From the NCBI GenBank assembly GCA_964016885.1, contig OZ024740.1, positions 248,620,001-248,684,000 on the forward strand: DNA of 64,000 nt, in the 5' to 3' direction. Shown in pieces: positions 63,693-64,000 of this stretch. A program made the position numbers and the translations under genes. The notes below the pieces were generated by a model. It did no database searches, had not been told where the DNA came from, and worked only from the letters and a program-made list of their open reading frames with translations. Numbering within the stretch: the first letter of the stretch is position 1; each line of letters begins with the position of its first letter. The stretch comes from Eledone cirrhosa. Taxonomy: Eukaryota.

Positions 63693-63856
63693 GGCGGTGG
63701 ATTGGCAGTATCGGTAGAGGGTCGGACGCCATGCTTTGACGCATAGAGTTACGGCCCTTGCCATTTTGAGTTCAAATCCCGCCGAGGTTAACTTTGCCTT
63801 TCATCCTTACGGGGTCGATAAAATAAAGTACGAGTAATACACTGGGTAATTGCTGG
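63693..63856 (+). mobile_element. tRNA-derived SINE, same family as 3744-3924
   Basis: Near-identical body including box B; slightly 3'-truncated. Confidence 0.9.
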
Positions 63857-64000
63857 GTTGAAATGAAGATGAACACGAGGTCGAATTATTGCTTCGAATT
63901 GAGGTTTGATTACTGTTATTGTGTTATCGGAGGCGCTTATTATTTAGTCATGCTGTGTATCGTTGTAGTTGTGTATGATAGTCTGACTGCTTTCCTGTTT

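Overview
Repeat-dense animal genomic DNA, most likely an octopod cephalopod. This is inferred from tRNA-derived SINEs that resemble octopus SINEs as I remember them, plus abundant (TA)n/(CA)n and TTAGGG-type repeats; no database check was possible. The only host gene is an LRRC42-like leucine-rich-repeat gene on + (two phase-compatible coding exons at 51323-51699 and 54143-54261, with a probable upstream non-coding exon near 41.5 kb). The rest is transposon-derived: two head-to-tail Tx1/L1-clade LINEs with (ATT)n tails, an ORF1-only relative, Ingi/Vingi-like, CRE-like and RTE LINEs, several Penelope fragments, a full-length and two decayed Gypsy elements, a hAT MITE, a non-autonomous Helitron, SINEs and a ~3.3 kb degenerate interstitial telomeric array. 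The most striking unexplained structure is six fold-back inverted repeats (0.1-1.3 kb), all next to (TA)n, together with about a dozen minimal type I hammerhead ribozyme motifs (five with intact cores). Two of the palindromes fold exactly at the apex of a hammerhead stem II, which suggests a hammerhead-linked, Penelope-driven snap-back duplication system. All folds and alignments were done by eye.
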